From: Octopus sinensis
Lineage: Eukaryota
Assembly (NCBI RefSeq): GCF_006345805.1
Contig: NW_021835227.1
Location: 1 to 38,954, forward strand
DNA: 38,954 bases
Direction: 5' to 3'
The notes under the pieces were generated by a model, which was given only the letters and a program-made list of their open reading frames with translations, did no database searches and was not told the origin of the DNA. The position numbers and the translations under genes are program-made. This document shows positions 1-13,461 of this stretch, piece by piece (positions within the stretch are counted from its first letter, which is position 1; each line of letters opens with the position of its first letter).

Positions 1-1935
1 TACAAATTTCGTGTGGCATTTTCCAGGGTGACTCACTGTCACCACTCCTCTTTTGTTTAGCCTTAATACCTCTCTCAAAGCTGCTCAATGACGCGCAGTA
101 CGGGTATAAAATGTTTGATAAAAATATAAATCATCTCATTTACATGGATGATTTAAAGCTTTTTGCAAAAAATGACCAACAACTCAAGGGCTTACTAGCG
201 ATAGTCAAACAATACAGTGACGACATCAGAATGCAATTCGGCCTCGATAAATGTGCAAAAGCTACCTTTATCAAAGGAAAAATGACAGAAACATCTAACG
301 TTAACCTTGACCAGCAGAATGTCATAAAAGAACTAGACCCAGCGGAGAGCTACAAGTACCTAGAGGTAATTGAAGGGAACGGAATAAGGCATTCAGAGAT
401 GAAGGAAAGGATCAGGAGAGAATGCTATCGAAGAGTGAGAGCAATACTCAAGACAGATCTGAATGCAAGAAACAGGATCGAAGCGATCAATGCATTAGCC
501 ATACCAGTCGTGACTTACAGTTTCATTATTGTTAACTGGTCAATTACTGAAATATGTCAGCTCAACAGAAAAATAAGGAAACTGTTGACAATGCATAGAA
601 TGCACCACCCTAAGGCAGATACAAAACGACTCTATCTGCCAAGAAAAGAGGGAGGCCGTGGTCTTTTACAACTGGCAATATCAATGAAGATTGCTACAAT
701 TAGCCTAGACACCTACCTGAAAAACTCTGAGGACTGGATGTTAAAACTTGTCTCAAAACATGAAAACAAGAAAGCATCATACTCAGGCACAAAACAGGCA
801 AAGGGATATCTAAGTGAATTCCGAATACAACCAATTTCGGAATTAGAGATAGACATAGAAGAAACAAGCACAGAAAAAGCTAGGCGCATGAAAACCCGTG
901 CCAAGACTGTGGCCTTAGATATTCTGAATAATAAATGGCAAGAAAAACCTCTCTCTGGCAAATACCCAAAGAGAGCGAATAATGCAGATATTGACAAAGC
1001 CCTGACCCATCAATGGCTAATGGCCTCTAGCTTAAAATCTGAAACAGAAGGGTTTATCATAGCAGCTCAAGATCAATGCCTACCAAAAGAAACTACCAGG
1101 CCAACAATTTAAAAACGGCAGTAGCCCAACATGTCGTGTATGCCGACAACAAAATGAAGCCATTGATCATGTTGTCTCCAAATGCAGTCTTCTAGCGCCT
1201 ACAGAGTACGTCAGTAGGCATGATAGAGCTGCACAATATATTCACTGGGTAATTTGCAAAAACCTGGATTTGCCCCATGAAAAAACTGGTGCGAACACAA
1301 TCCACCTCCAGTGCTTGAAAATGACCACATCTCAATCCTCTGGAACTTCACCATTCAAACTGACAGGAAGACAGATGCAAATAGGCCAGACATCATATTG
1401 ATAGACTTCAGACAAAGAACATGCCTCCTCATTGATATGACTGCCCCAATCGATATAAACGTATCTGTCAAGACCTACCAAAATCTGAGCAAATATAAAG
1501 ATCTTAAAATAGAAATCAGCAAAATGTGGAAACTGAAGACTAAAACAATACCTGTTGTCATAGGTGCCCTGGGAATGATAGGGAAAGGGACTGATTGCTA
1601 CCTAACTCAGATACCAGGAAACCCCAAAATGGCAGAAATTCAAAAGATAGTGTTCATGGGAACTGCTCATATCCTACGCAAAATACTCTCTATGTAATCC
1701 CAAGGTTAAAAACAAACTTTTATTTATTTATTTATTTATCTTTTAATTTTTAAAAAAATTTTATTTTTATGTATTAGACATTCACTTGTACAACACCAAA
1801 AAAACCCCCAAATATATGGCACAGAACTTCCAGCCTGTTGTCTCTTGAGTTCTCTGGGTGAGACATGGAGCCAACTTGTACAGACATAAAGCAAAAGACA
1901 AACATAGAATAATAATAATAATCATCATAATAATA
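1..1935 (+). mobile_element. 3' portion of an RLE-type non-LTR retrotransposon (R4/Dong-like): RT, CCHC finger, restriction-like endonuclease, 3' UTR and (TAA)n tail; frameshifted
   Basis: The frame from nt 3 reads GIFQGDSLSPLLF...HLIYMDDLKLF (RT motifs) and is continuous with ORF 111-1112. C-X2-C-X8-H-X4-C lies at 1132-1185. NRPDIILID...KYKDL (RLE) lies in ORF 1311-1697. Frameshifts fall near 1088, 1110 and 1283. An AATAATAAT tail is at ~1908-1935. The clade call comes from motif resemblance. Confidence 0.88.
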
Positions 1936-1984
1936 TAGCAACAACATCGTAAAAATACCTTAGGAATGTAAGGTTTTTCCCCAA

Positions 1985-2030
1985 GACACCTCATAAACGC
2001 TGGAGTGTATACCAGCCGAAACGTTGTGTT
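1985..2030 (+). ncRNA. Degenerate minimal hammerhead-like motif (probable PLE terminal-repeat fragment)
   Basis: GACAC-CTCATAA-AC-GCTGG(AGTGTATA)CCAGC-C-GAAA-CGTT-GTGTT. Stems I and II pair, but the core has two changes from CTGANGA. Confidence 0.4.
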
Positions 2031-2603
2031 AACAACAATCAATATGAGGACAATTATTCGCCAAATGTAAATGATATGAATAATGTACATTTCTGAACAT
2101 ATGAAACAGAAACAAATGGTATGCAGAAGAGAGAAACAAAGAGAAAAAGAAATATGTTTACAGGTATTAAACTCATAGTTTTATTGTTCTCGGGTAAAAT
2201 GGCGTTGTAGAATGTAACTTTCGAGCGTAGAGATGTAGAACAATTATCCGAAATGATTATATTCGACACTTCAGTGTCCTGGTGTTCGTACAGAACCAAA
2301 TTATATTTTGCTGAACTCATTTCCGTAGAAGGAAAAAAAAAATTCATATCGGAACATGTTAAGACAAAAAATAACTTACATCAAAAAGGTGCTTTTTTTT
2401 CTATGAAAATCCCTATTTTGTAAAAATTCTTGACTGCTGTTTCGCCCTTTATCGATATATTTCAACCAGAAAAATGTTAATTTAAAGAGAATAACAAGTT
2501 ACCTAGTGCAAAATTTTTACATTTCAAAAAAGATTGAAACTATGCCAAACCTTTGTTAACGCGACACCAAAGTCTGCCGTTTTAAGTGCAACTAAGAAAC
2601 AAA

Positions 2604-2632
2604 CCCGAGCAACGCCTGGCTATACTGCTAGT
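2604..2632 (+). mobile_element. Helitron-like 3' terminus
   Basis: CCCGAGCAACGCCTGG (imperfect GC hairpin) followed by CTATACTG-CTAG|T. The 5' end was not located. Confidence 0.5.
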
Positions 2633-3085
2633 ATTATATATAAAAAAGAAATACTCACATTAAGCTGTTATCGCTGTAAGAAAAACAATGAAATTCCAGT
2701 ATCAAATATAGTTGTATATCACATAATAATAATTTTTCTGAAAGTCACATTGCCTGTAATGTTGGGGGAGGGACTAGGCATTTACATCGGCCTCTACTCC
2801 TCTGGTAGTTGTGTAATCTACCAAGAGAGAATACAAAGTCAAATTCCATCTCTGGGGAATTTTAACCCGAAATGTTAAGACGAATGAAATGTCGTTAATC
2901 ATTTTGTCCTTCGCAGTAACGATTCAACATGCTCATTGACGTATGTAGCAAATATATCGTAAATGATATGACACTGTACTTACAGTAAGAAAAGCCTATA
3001 GTAATGGCAATAATTCTAATGCGAGCGAGATTAAGAATGATAACATAGCAGTGTCAATGATATTCTAATCCTTTCTACTGTATTT

Positions 3086-3240
3086 ACAATGCCTGAAATT
3101 TTGGGAGAGGTGTCTAGTCAATTTCATTGACCCTAATACTATACTGGTACTTATTTTATTAACTTCGAAAGGATGAATGGAAAGTCGACCACCGTAGAAT
3201 TTAAACTGAGGTAGTAGAGCCGGACGGAATACCGCTAACC
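3086..3240 (-). mobile_element. Decayed tRNA-derived SINE, same family as 37875-38292
   Basis: Aligns by eye with 37880-38040 (ACTGGTACT...CGAAAGGATGAA..AAGTCGACC..GAATTT.AACT). Confidence 0.75.
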
Positions 3241-3479
3241 TAAAATTATGTTTTGTGAACGAGTAATAGTTCACAAAATCATTGCAGATGATAGAGGGCG
3301 ATACATGTGGTTTATATAAAGGAGCATGTAAAAGCAGAGAAGCAACAACCGTAAATTTAAACAATGAATAATTTGCCAAACCAAAACGAGACTTACTCAT
3401 GGCTATACAAAACAAACCTAGAAAACCGCGGTGACACCGGCTACTCGGGTAAGTGTCCTTACTTCATACTTATGTTGCA

Positions 3480-4090
3480 ATCCTCGTAACAGGCCCGAAC
3501 CATCGGACTATATTTTCAACATAAACACACGTTTCAACAAATTTGTAGACGTCACCAGTTCATATTCCATGCTCATTTTCCATTTGAAATGGTAATTGAA
3601 TACATTCATGAGATCTTGCCAAAATCTGTCCCTCGTCAGGAGTATCAATCTGGTACATTAGACCCCTTTTTCGCCATTATACCGATAATCACATCCTGTC
3701 TTTTCGAGCCAAAGGAAGGCTGCTAAACAATCTTGCCGAAGGACGCAACCGATAACCGGATCCGTTCTACACGGGACAGGTGTTCGACATAAGTCTATAA
3801 GGCAGCACGAGTACAAACCAGATTTGTCTTTCTGATTACATATCTGGCAAATCCGTTTGATGGTCGGTACGTCTACCAGGACATTGATTTCTGGAAATTA
3901 TACATTGACGTTAACCTGAAATTCCACCAGAAGGGACCAGCTAGCTAGTTCTCGTCGGCGCCCTGGGTCTCCTCCAAAACATGGTCGGCCTTGCCCGCCA
4001 CTAAACATCTATAAAACATCCAAAATCGAACTTATACTGTCCGTATTGCCCGACTGTTAGACGACTGTATGCATTTAGTAACGGGCCCCA
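3480..4090 (-). pseudogene. Decayed 3' end of an L1/Tx1-like LINE ORF2
   Basis: Broken minus frames read FQKSMSW*, YVEHLSRVERIRLSVASFGKIV*QPSF and LMNVFNYHFKWKMSME, resembling Tx1-like C-termini. Many stops. Confidence 0.5.
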
Positions 4091-4419
4091 AACAGCAGTC
4101 TAGGCTTGACCCAAAATTGCAAATAAAGAGGAAAAGCTAGGGAAAAGTGAGTGTAACAAATAGCGAAGGCATACCCGGTCTTCTATTTAGCGTATGTTGA
4201 TAATAAATATAGATTCTCAGAAGTGAAAGGTGATATTTCCACAGAATTAAGAGAAATAGTCACTTCAACTCGTTCAAAATTAGCCAAAGGGGAGTATCGA
4301 GATCAACAAAACAGATTGCAATTTGTGCTATGTGTAGAAGGTGACGGTAAAAGTGGAAGAATCTACCTATGATATCCTTATCTACTTGTCTGCCAATTAT
4401 TTTATCTTCAGACTACTTA

Positions 4420-4915
4420 GGTAGCCCGATCAAGTTGTCACCATCGACGTCGTCACATTCAAGAAATCAAGTCGGTACTTGTCAGAGACCTGAGGAGGTT
4501 GACTGAACCTATGCTGTTTTTGCAATTCCTTCATTATCAGCTAACTATACCCAAACGTACCCATCGTCCCAGGGTATTTTCAGATGTCTGAAGAAAGTCG
4601 GCTGCCCCACTCACGTCAAAGCATAAACAGGTACTAGATTGCTGGAACCCTCTCCGTTACTGCTCAAATCCAGAAAAAACTGCCTACCTCTTATGGGCAA
4701 GAAATTGATCTGTTCCATGAGATCTATACTTTCCAACATTCAGCGCCTCTTCCCAATCCCTGCACACATGATGATATGTAGATCTTGTATCTACTGCATA
4801 CTGGCAGGAGGGCTTGTAAGTGCAAACAGATAGCTCTCTGGTAGCCATCATATCTATAGGTAGAGATTTGGGGCATTGAGCTTCCAAATCGACCTCGGGT
4901 CACGGGTACTGACAA
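4420..4915 (-). pseudogene. Possible second LINE fragment (end of an APE domain)
   Basis: GC-richer block with a minus-strand SIWKLNAPNL (L1-type WKLN motif). The rest is unreadable. Confidence 0.3.
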
Positions 4916-5329
4916 ACTTTAATAACAAAATGGACATACATATTAAGAGAGGAGGAGAGAAGAAATATTTTATTACCGTCTTCGGAGGAGCAGATGTTCC
5001 CTGTCTTTGGCTATATGTGTATCTCTCCTTTAGAACTTATTTGGGATCTTTTCTAAAAGAAGGCCAGATTTTTCTAGTTAACTAAATAATTTGAAACTTC
5101 GTATAGTGGTAGAATGTGTCAAAAGAAAACATTAATTTCAACTAGTTTTCAAATGTATTTTATAAGTTTAAACGTAGTTTAAATCTGCGAATTTTAACCA
5201 ATCGTATTGTCTGTTTTGATCTGAAATTATAATCTGCATAGTGTTACTGCGACGTAGACAGCTATTTTGTGAAAATTTTAAACAGCGTGGGTAAGAAGTA
5301 AGCAAACCGCTGTGGTAGATGTGGTTATC

Positions 5330-5450
5330 ATGGTAGTGGTGGTGGTGGTGGTGTAGTGGTGACAGTGGATGTGTATGATGACAGCAATTATAGTGTTGGT
5401 GTTTTGAAGAGGTGGTGGTGGTGGTGGCAGTGGATGATGATAGTAGTAGT
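5330..5450. repeat. (GGT)n/(GAT)n trinucleotide low-complexity tract
   Basis: Visible GGTGGTGGT/GATGAT/GTAGTA runs. Confidence 0.9.
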
Positions 5451-6006
5451 GACATCGGATAGGTTAGGATGTCTCAGTGGTGGTTGTGAAGATGATTCTG
5501 ATATTTATAGTCTTTGCATTGGGGTGGTGGCAGAGTCAGAGTAAATAATAAGAGCCCAGTTAACACAAGATTCTTAAATTTCGGAGATCATAAGATAGAG
5601 AGCAAGAAGTTAAAACTTCCAATACTGGCCCTATTCCTACACCCCAGATTCTTCAACTATTTTGTAAGAAAGGGGTTAATGGCAGGATAGGGATTCAGCT
5701 TTAAAATAAATTGTATAACAAAATATGCATAAATAAATTACTGTTCCAACGATGTAATTTTAGTATGTGTGTATGTATGTATGTATGTATGTAGGTGTGT
5801 GTTTGTGTATGTATGCATCAAAACAGTTTTATTCAAATTCTGTGGTACTTATATATTCATACATACATATACATGTAGATGTATATAACATATATATATA
5901 TTGTATGTAAACGTCTTTTATATATATATAACGTATGCATCTATAATACACACACATTATAAATATACACATATATATGCATATGCATTAGAATATGTGT
6001 GTCTAG

Positions 6007-6009
<3 letters not shown>

Positions 6010-6058
<49 letters not shown>
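6010..6058. repeat. (TA)n microsatellite
   Basis: Direct reading. Confidence 0.95.
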
Positions 6059-6063
<5 letters not shown>

Positions 6064-8318
6064 CATACGGTTGTATACATGTGTGTGTAGCTATTTAGGA
6101 TCAACACAAATTTTATATATACTCCACGAAGTTTGAAAATGTTTAGTTAGAAAAAATATTTTTTTAAATCTGTAGGTCAAAATGCAAAGATCCGGTATTT
6201 TAAATTTTTGTTGCATTTCTAATCTTTCTGATGTCTAAGGATGGATATTTATGCGTATGAATCTTTTTCTTTTTATTTTGTTTCAAATATAATTCTAGGA
6301 AACTGAAAATGCTGAGTACGATGCCAAGCGAATTTAGCTGTTCACGATAAGCGGATGTTTACGTTTTAGCTATTTAAATGTTTACGTTAAGTACGTCACA
6401 AAATAGCTGTTTACGTCACAGTAACGATATTTTGAGATGCAGTAAATGATATGAGGTTGCAACAAAGAATACCATTGGTTAAAATTCGAATTGTTAAACA
6501 ACGTTAAACTTAGAAATTACAATTCCGTTTTCATTTTGATTTACAATTATGTTTTCTTTTGACACATTCTACCAGTATACGAAGTTTCAAATTGTTTAGT
6601 TAACTAGAAAAATCTGGTCTTCTTTTAGAAAAGATCCCTTATTTACAGATGTTTTGTTTATGCTCGCATGGGATTCTTTCAATTCCCAGGGATATTCTAT
6701 TTGCAGTTTGTTGCATGTTACATTCTTAGTTAATATAATCAATATATGTTTACGAGTGTTAAGTGTAGGTCGGATGGGTTTATTTAGATAATTTTGCTTA
6801 TTGATTGCCATCTTTCATTAAGTCTCTGTTTATTGCTATTATTATATCTTCGGTTTCATCTTTGCCGGATCATGAGCGCAACGCTACTTAATCTCCTCCA
6901 ATTGTTTTACTGTTCAAGTATGAAGCTTGCAGTGGGTCACATATAATGACTGACGTTGTAGGTAAATGCATGTCTTCGGAGATTCTAGCAAGTTCCGCAT
7001 TTGTCTCGGGTTTAGTGTGAGTAAAAAATTAATTCAGTGCGTCTCTTCTAAAATGCATCAAGGTAACGAAATGTACATTTATAGCGAAAAGTACGATTAT
7101 ATACAAATCATTTTAAAAGCTACAAAAGGTATCAGCAAATTGTTGAATCATATACTACAATATCATATTTGAATCTCTTGTGGCGGACGTCACCAGGCGA
7201 GAAGTGGGATGGTCCACTTCTACTAACTAGTTGACTTACACAGTCAGTAGGGAAGTCGGTCTATCGATTCGACATGTTAATATTCCTTCTTTGTTTAATT
7301 CCTGTAATCAATGACTTATTTCAAATATATAGGAAAAGGTATTGAAATATCTAACCTGATTCGAATTGTCTGCTGCATGTCAAAAGGATCACTAAGAACT
7401 TCGTGAAAACATTTGAACGTTTTCCCAATTGTAATATGCTCTGAGTATTTGAAGTCGTAAATCGGAAAAAATAGTAGAATCTTCATATACCTGTAGAAAC
7501 ATTATGGAAATTAATATTAATCCTCTTATACAACATTCCTTTTGCATGCCCCCTCCCCATCGACTAATAAATACAACTGAATAGGCAAAAAGCCAGTTTA
7601 ATCCGATGGCCGAAGCTAAAACTTCCCTCGAGGAGCTACATGAAATATATGCTGGAGAAAACGGGAGACTTTATACGATTAACGTTGACTATGAATTGTT
7701 TTTGAGAGTGGAAACACAATATAATATGAATGTGAAAATGTTGGTTAAAAAACCGGCAATAATACTCTGTATAACAAGGCTATATCAAGAATTGAATTAG
7801 ATCTGCTATAAATATTTAAAACATATGCGAAATTTGTTCTACATCGCCCAAATTGAACTGAATATGTCGACATAGAGCAGATACGTTTCATTTTACATTT
7901 ATTCTTACGCCATACTTGTTACCAGATAAAACGTCGGAAAAATTAAAACAAATATATATGAAATATGTATGACTTAGTCCAACCGGTCCTAATGATCTCG
8001 AATTCAAACATTGAGAAGCAATACAAAATGTTGTTTATAGTTTAGGATGCCAGGATACTACATATATTTAAAGAAAAAGACTAAGTGAAGATTGACCAAC
8101 ATGGACTAGCCATTTTATGTTTGATCAGAGAATTAATATTAGAGAAAAAAATAACAATGTTCAGAATAAATGCATTTTCTTATTCATATTATTGTGTAAC
8201 CATTTTGCAAGGAATTGTTTCGCAGAATAAAATATAGTTTCAGATTCAATCAATTCGAAATAGCAGATGTTTATTCTTTGACAACTCAAATTCTATTAAT
8301 GGAGTAGTTTGGATTTTG

Positions 8319-8430
8319 TAGCATCTCGTCCACCTTTACGCTCTGACTTGAAATTCTGTCGACATTGAATACGCAATTCATACTTGCCGGTTGCCAGTAA
8401 AACACTGGGGTCGATGTAATTAATTCATTC
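8319..8430 (+). mobile_element. Highly decayed SINE remnant
   Basis: CTTTACGCTCTGACTTGAAATTCTG...CCAGT..AACACTGGGGTCGATGTAAT matches the reverse complement of the 37875-38292 SINEs. Confidence 0.6.
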
Positions 8431-11400
8431 ATTCCAAAGACAGGCATTTACATTTTTGTTAGAAATCTGCTCCTTCCTCAAAGGCAGTGTTTAAGAAGCG
8501 ACAAAAACAACAGAACATATATACAAGCATTGTATATAAGAAAGAATATGTGTGTGTATGTATGTATGTTTGTGTATGTGTGCATATATTCCAATATAGA
8601 TAAGAATACATACTGCAGACACAAAAACATGCATACATAAACTCACATGCAGTCAGGTAATGATGTCATAAACAATCATCATGTAAATAAAAAATAAAAT
8701 TAAAACTCCACCTACGGTTCGTCCCAAAACTTGTCCATGGATTGAATCATTATCGAACGAGTATATAGCAATTTCGCCTTGAAGAGCTTATTGCCGGAAC
8801 ATATACTCAAACTTAAAAAGGAAAAAAAATAATGTAATGAATATCCTGGAATAATATTAAGTATGTTTTTATAGCTTTATTTACAATATGCTTGTGTGTT
8901 AAGCAAAGTTTAAGTTTAAATTGTTTGGAATGTTACATGAGGGAACAAATATGTTTTACAGGCATGTCACATCATTTGATTTCATTCAGAAAATCAAGGT
9001 GGTCAGGGTACACTGAAACATTGTTCTCACAGAATGGGTCTGGTATATGTTTAGCGAGGCTTTCGCAATGCTGACGCATTCAAATTCACGAATGCGACGA
9101 ACCTATATTCACCAAGAGAATTATGCTCTACTGCACCATTTTCGTCATCTCTAGTTTTATAAAAAGGGTTCCAAACAATTCCGAAACTTAAAATGCAGCA
9201 CATTTATTTTGCATATATGTTGTCAAAAATATTCTCTGTAGAGCTAGAAACACCGTTTCAAGTTACTCATCAGTATGAAGGATGACCAAATATTAGAAAA
9301 TATTTGATTGAGACAATGGACTTGCCATCGTAATAATTATAGCATGAGTAGGTTCCTACAAAGTAAACAACTTCTTTCAACATGAAATTAATCCTATTAG
9401 TAAATTTTGTCATTGATATTTTAAATATTCTTGCTAAAATAATTATTAAGCGTTCAAATAAAGGTTATGGGAAAAGCATAGTGTTAGTCTCCCTTATATT
9501 AATGATTTACATGCTATTACATCAACTGCATGAAAGATATAAATTCATACAAATTTTAACGTTCATTTTCTATCCTAATCTGCGTGATATTCAGCATACA
9601 ACAGTGCGAAAATACCTTAAATATATTTTGACAATACAAATGGATAATTGATTAAAAGCTACCGACGTAAAAACAAATAGAGTGGTAACAATCTCTCGTC
9701 AGGCAAGTACTTCAGCCCTTTACGTCTTCCAAACTAGTGGGAAAGATCCGAAACTAAATCATGATTCCTGAGTGCGCTACTACTGATATACTCTAGTTTG
9801 AAATCGGATATTCGTTCATCCCCTGTGCAGTATTTTTCAATCCATCTGGCCTGGCATATTGAGCAATCATGGTTCCCACTTTGCCAGAATAGACAGATAT
9901 AGGAACCTGCTCTTTACAAGTAAACCTTAGCTAAGACAACACACATACATGCATACAAATATACGCACACACATAATAGCTACAAGTGTTAAATATAACT
10001 GATCCTCATCTAAAAGACAACACACTTTTATGCGCTTAGGAAAATTACAACCGTATGCTTAATGTTGTATGGTTTCCACTAGTATTCCTTTCAATGTAAA
10101 AATAAATGAATATTATTTTTTGAACTTTGTTAATGTATAGCTTACATGTAATTAAACACAACACACCTTGCAATCTTCAATAATTATACTGCTTCTTTAT
10201 GAAAAGGAATCGTTAACTCTAAAACTCGCATCACTAATGTATATCTGTAATATCGCTTAAATTTTTTAGCCTAGCATTTATGTGCAGTAAGTATGTTGAT
10301 TCTTACTTTAATATAACTTCGATTGAGAAATTACAATTTTTTTCTGAGAATAAGTAATCTGTGAAATTTAACATTTACAAACCTATTAAAATTAAACGAT
10401 GATATGTTCAAGCATATCTACATAATCTACATATGTCCAACAAATACCTTTGCGTTTTAAAGAAAGAGCCGGGAGAACAAATCTGATGTGACTCTAATCT
10501 AGGTGTTTGCATCTATGTATATAAAATGAAAATGCAACCTACCTCATGAAGAAGAATTCCCAAGCGTGTTCCCTGCTTTTAAAGTGTACGAAAGGATCGT
10601 TTACACCCGGAAGCCTGTGATATAATTAGTATGAGTAGAAATTATGTTAGCTTCGTAGAATGATTAGATATTGTATATATTACCAATTTGATGTCAAGAA
10701 AAATAAAATAATAATAAATCTCAGAGCGAGTTATAAACAGTAGCTACAACACATTGTGACGTACATCTGTCAATTAAATATGGCTAACACCTAAGATTGG
10801 ATGCTAATGTAGTTTGTAGCCCCAGGAGGACACCTCCTACAGCTGGCCATAGAGACAATTTCTGTGCCCTATCAGTGTTTGCAAAGGGAAGCCATCCTTC
10901 CCGTCTTAAACTTATGATACACACGGACTCAAGGTTCTGGTTATTGATCAGTCATCGGCGTGTGACAATCATAGTTGTCGATGAGATGCAGGTTCCCTTC
11001 AAAAACACTTATACTTTTTCCAGTATTGATAGACACTGATATGGAAGAAAAGGAAAAACAAAATAATGTTTAAAGGAACGAAACACATGACTTGAAAATG
11101 ATTGACCGAAGACGTTAAAGCACGTACAAAAATATCATGTGGATTTTGTAACCGATAATCCAATTTCCGACATTTGAGGAGTAATCATGTTCAATATATC
11201 TATACAACTATCAATATTAAATGTTCAACTTCATATTCAGAGTTATTTTACTTTATCTACGCTTGTGAATATTTAAATTGTTTTAAAATCACAAATATCT
11301 TCTCGCATATTGATATTTTGAAGTTATTTCGTTACCATGATTTTTCGCCAAAACACGCAGACCCTATTTTAAATGGTTTGAAAATGATGCAAAATATAGA

Positions 11401-12796
11401 AAAAAGAATAGGAATAGTGCATATAACCTACATTAACAGGTAATTTTGATGGAAGGATAAACTCTGTAGCACTTTCAAAATGGAGTGGGTATCATAAAAC
11501 TAAAAACGTTATTTGGAGGCTTTTTATCAAAAAAGGCATTTCAAATGAAAGAGCTCGGAAAAAATCCATATTGTTTTTATATCCTTTTAATGGTTTCGGT
11601 CATAGGACTGAGGCCATGCTGGAGCACCACACAAATTTTCTATCAGTATTTAACGCCTTATGCTTGGAGGTTATGATTGAGTTGAACTTTTCTCGGTGTA
11701 TCCATGGACGATGGGCTGCTCCGGTAATGTCGTTAGGCCTTTATTCAATACGTGCTTTTTATTTTAAGATTTCCATTAGGGATTCGTTCTATATTCACAT
11801 TTCTGATTTGTAGGTTTTGCCTACTTTGAAAACTCGAGGAAGGTATAAATGCTAACATTGAAAACGATTTATTCAAATTACGGAAATACTTTCAGACAAC
11901 TGAAAAAAGTCTATTTCGCACCGAAATATTTCTTCAGATTTCATTTTTTTAAATATATCGGATTTCTATGATTCCGCAAAACATTGTGCGCAAATATTAA
12001 TTTTTTTCTATTCCCCAAATTTTATTTAACGATTATTATAACAATGACCTGTAGAACTCATTCTACGTGTTTACAGCAAAATGTTGCCCTATATCCTATA
12101 TGTGAGGTAAGGCCTTATCTGAAGACTGTAAGCTTTGATGTCTCTCTAAACCCTAAACTTTACCCATGATTGATAACCTACTCTTAAATCCTAACGCTAA
12201 TCGATTATTTCTTTGTGGGTTGATTAGCTATCTGCTACGTTTCAAGTATATACTTTTGGAAAAAGCAGGAATATCAATAAGTACCACAAGGTCCGTACTT
12301 TGAGACGAATTAAACAAAAATTACATTTCCTACTACCAGTCGTGCAATTTTTTTTACCATACTTACTTTCATTGCCCCTTCTTTCCTCCGTCCGGCATAT
12401 CTGTTCTGATTCTCTTCACTCCAAATATTACGGTCTTTCCACTCCCTCTCGCCGCCTTATGTTGCTTCTCGCCCTTCGTCTAGATCTCCATTCCACGCTT
12501 GCCCGCTTTCATGCTGCTTTTCCTTAATGATTCGTTTTTCTCTTCCTCAAATTGCTTCAAAATTTAAATCAGTCGCTCTACTATGTGAGCTGGTTTTGCT
12601 ATTTATTTTCTCTTCAAGACGGATATCGTTCTCATGGCAATATATCTTTGCAACTATTGAGTAGGATCATATGCATGACGTTTTGCACATTCCGTCTGGT
12701 AATTGGGAATATAACGATAGTTAACTAATTTTAAGTTTCTAAGAAATAGCTATTTATTAAAAACATAATGCGTCCTCAACTTCATATTTTAAACTA

Positions 12797-12923
<127 letters not shown>

Positions 12924-13374
12924 AATAAAAAACTGTTTCAATTTGAAAAATACAGAATACGTCATAATATGCACATATACCCAATTTTTATCTTTTTGCA
13001 TATTTCACTTCACGATTACATCACTGTACATAAATCCCTTCACTAAACAAGGTTTTCGAAACTTGTCTATGTCTGTGCACATATATATTCTCCGCATTAC
13101 CGAAAGCTGAACAGTTATCACTCTTACCAACAAAAATAACAATAATAGCGATAACGAATTACATCCCTGTATTCATCTACTTTTGAATTTCATCACACAC
13201 AACATGAACAAAATTTCTTCTTAAGAAAAAATACATATTCAAATAAGTAAAATATATGTTCATGAATAGCGATAGCGAATCCGGTCGATAGATTAAAAAT
13301 TATATTAAAACTATGCAATTGTGCGTATTTTCCTTATTTAATTTCTTATATATATATATATGCATGTATATACA

Positions 13375-13408
<34 letters not shown>

Positions 13409-13429
13409 ATATATTATATATATATATAT

Positions 13430-13461
<32 letters not shown>

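Larger units (their letters stand above)
5043..6638. mobile_element. Non-autonomous DNA transposon (MITE-like) with long TIRs and a 6-bp TSD
   Basis: 5043-5132 is the reverse complement of 6549-6638 (3 mismatches in 90). Looser inverted homology continues to ~5275/~6395. Termini are GGG...CCC. TTATTT lies at both 5037-5042 and 6639-6644. Confidence 0.85.

Noticed and set aside
5168-5544. His/Thr-rich and Trp/Val-rich ORFs
   Set aside because: They derive from (GGT)n/(GAT)n repeats inside a non-autonomous transposon.
7606-7800. ORF MAEAKTSLEELHEIY...
   Set aside because: 64 aa, with no recognisable motif or convincing splice signals.
10797-11039. GC-richer island with an 80-aa ORF
   Set aside because: TTG start and no motif recognised in any frame. 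Probably an old repeat fragment, but it cannot be assigned.
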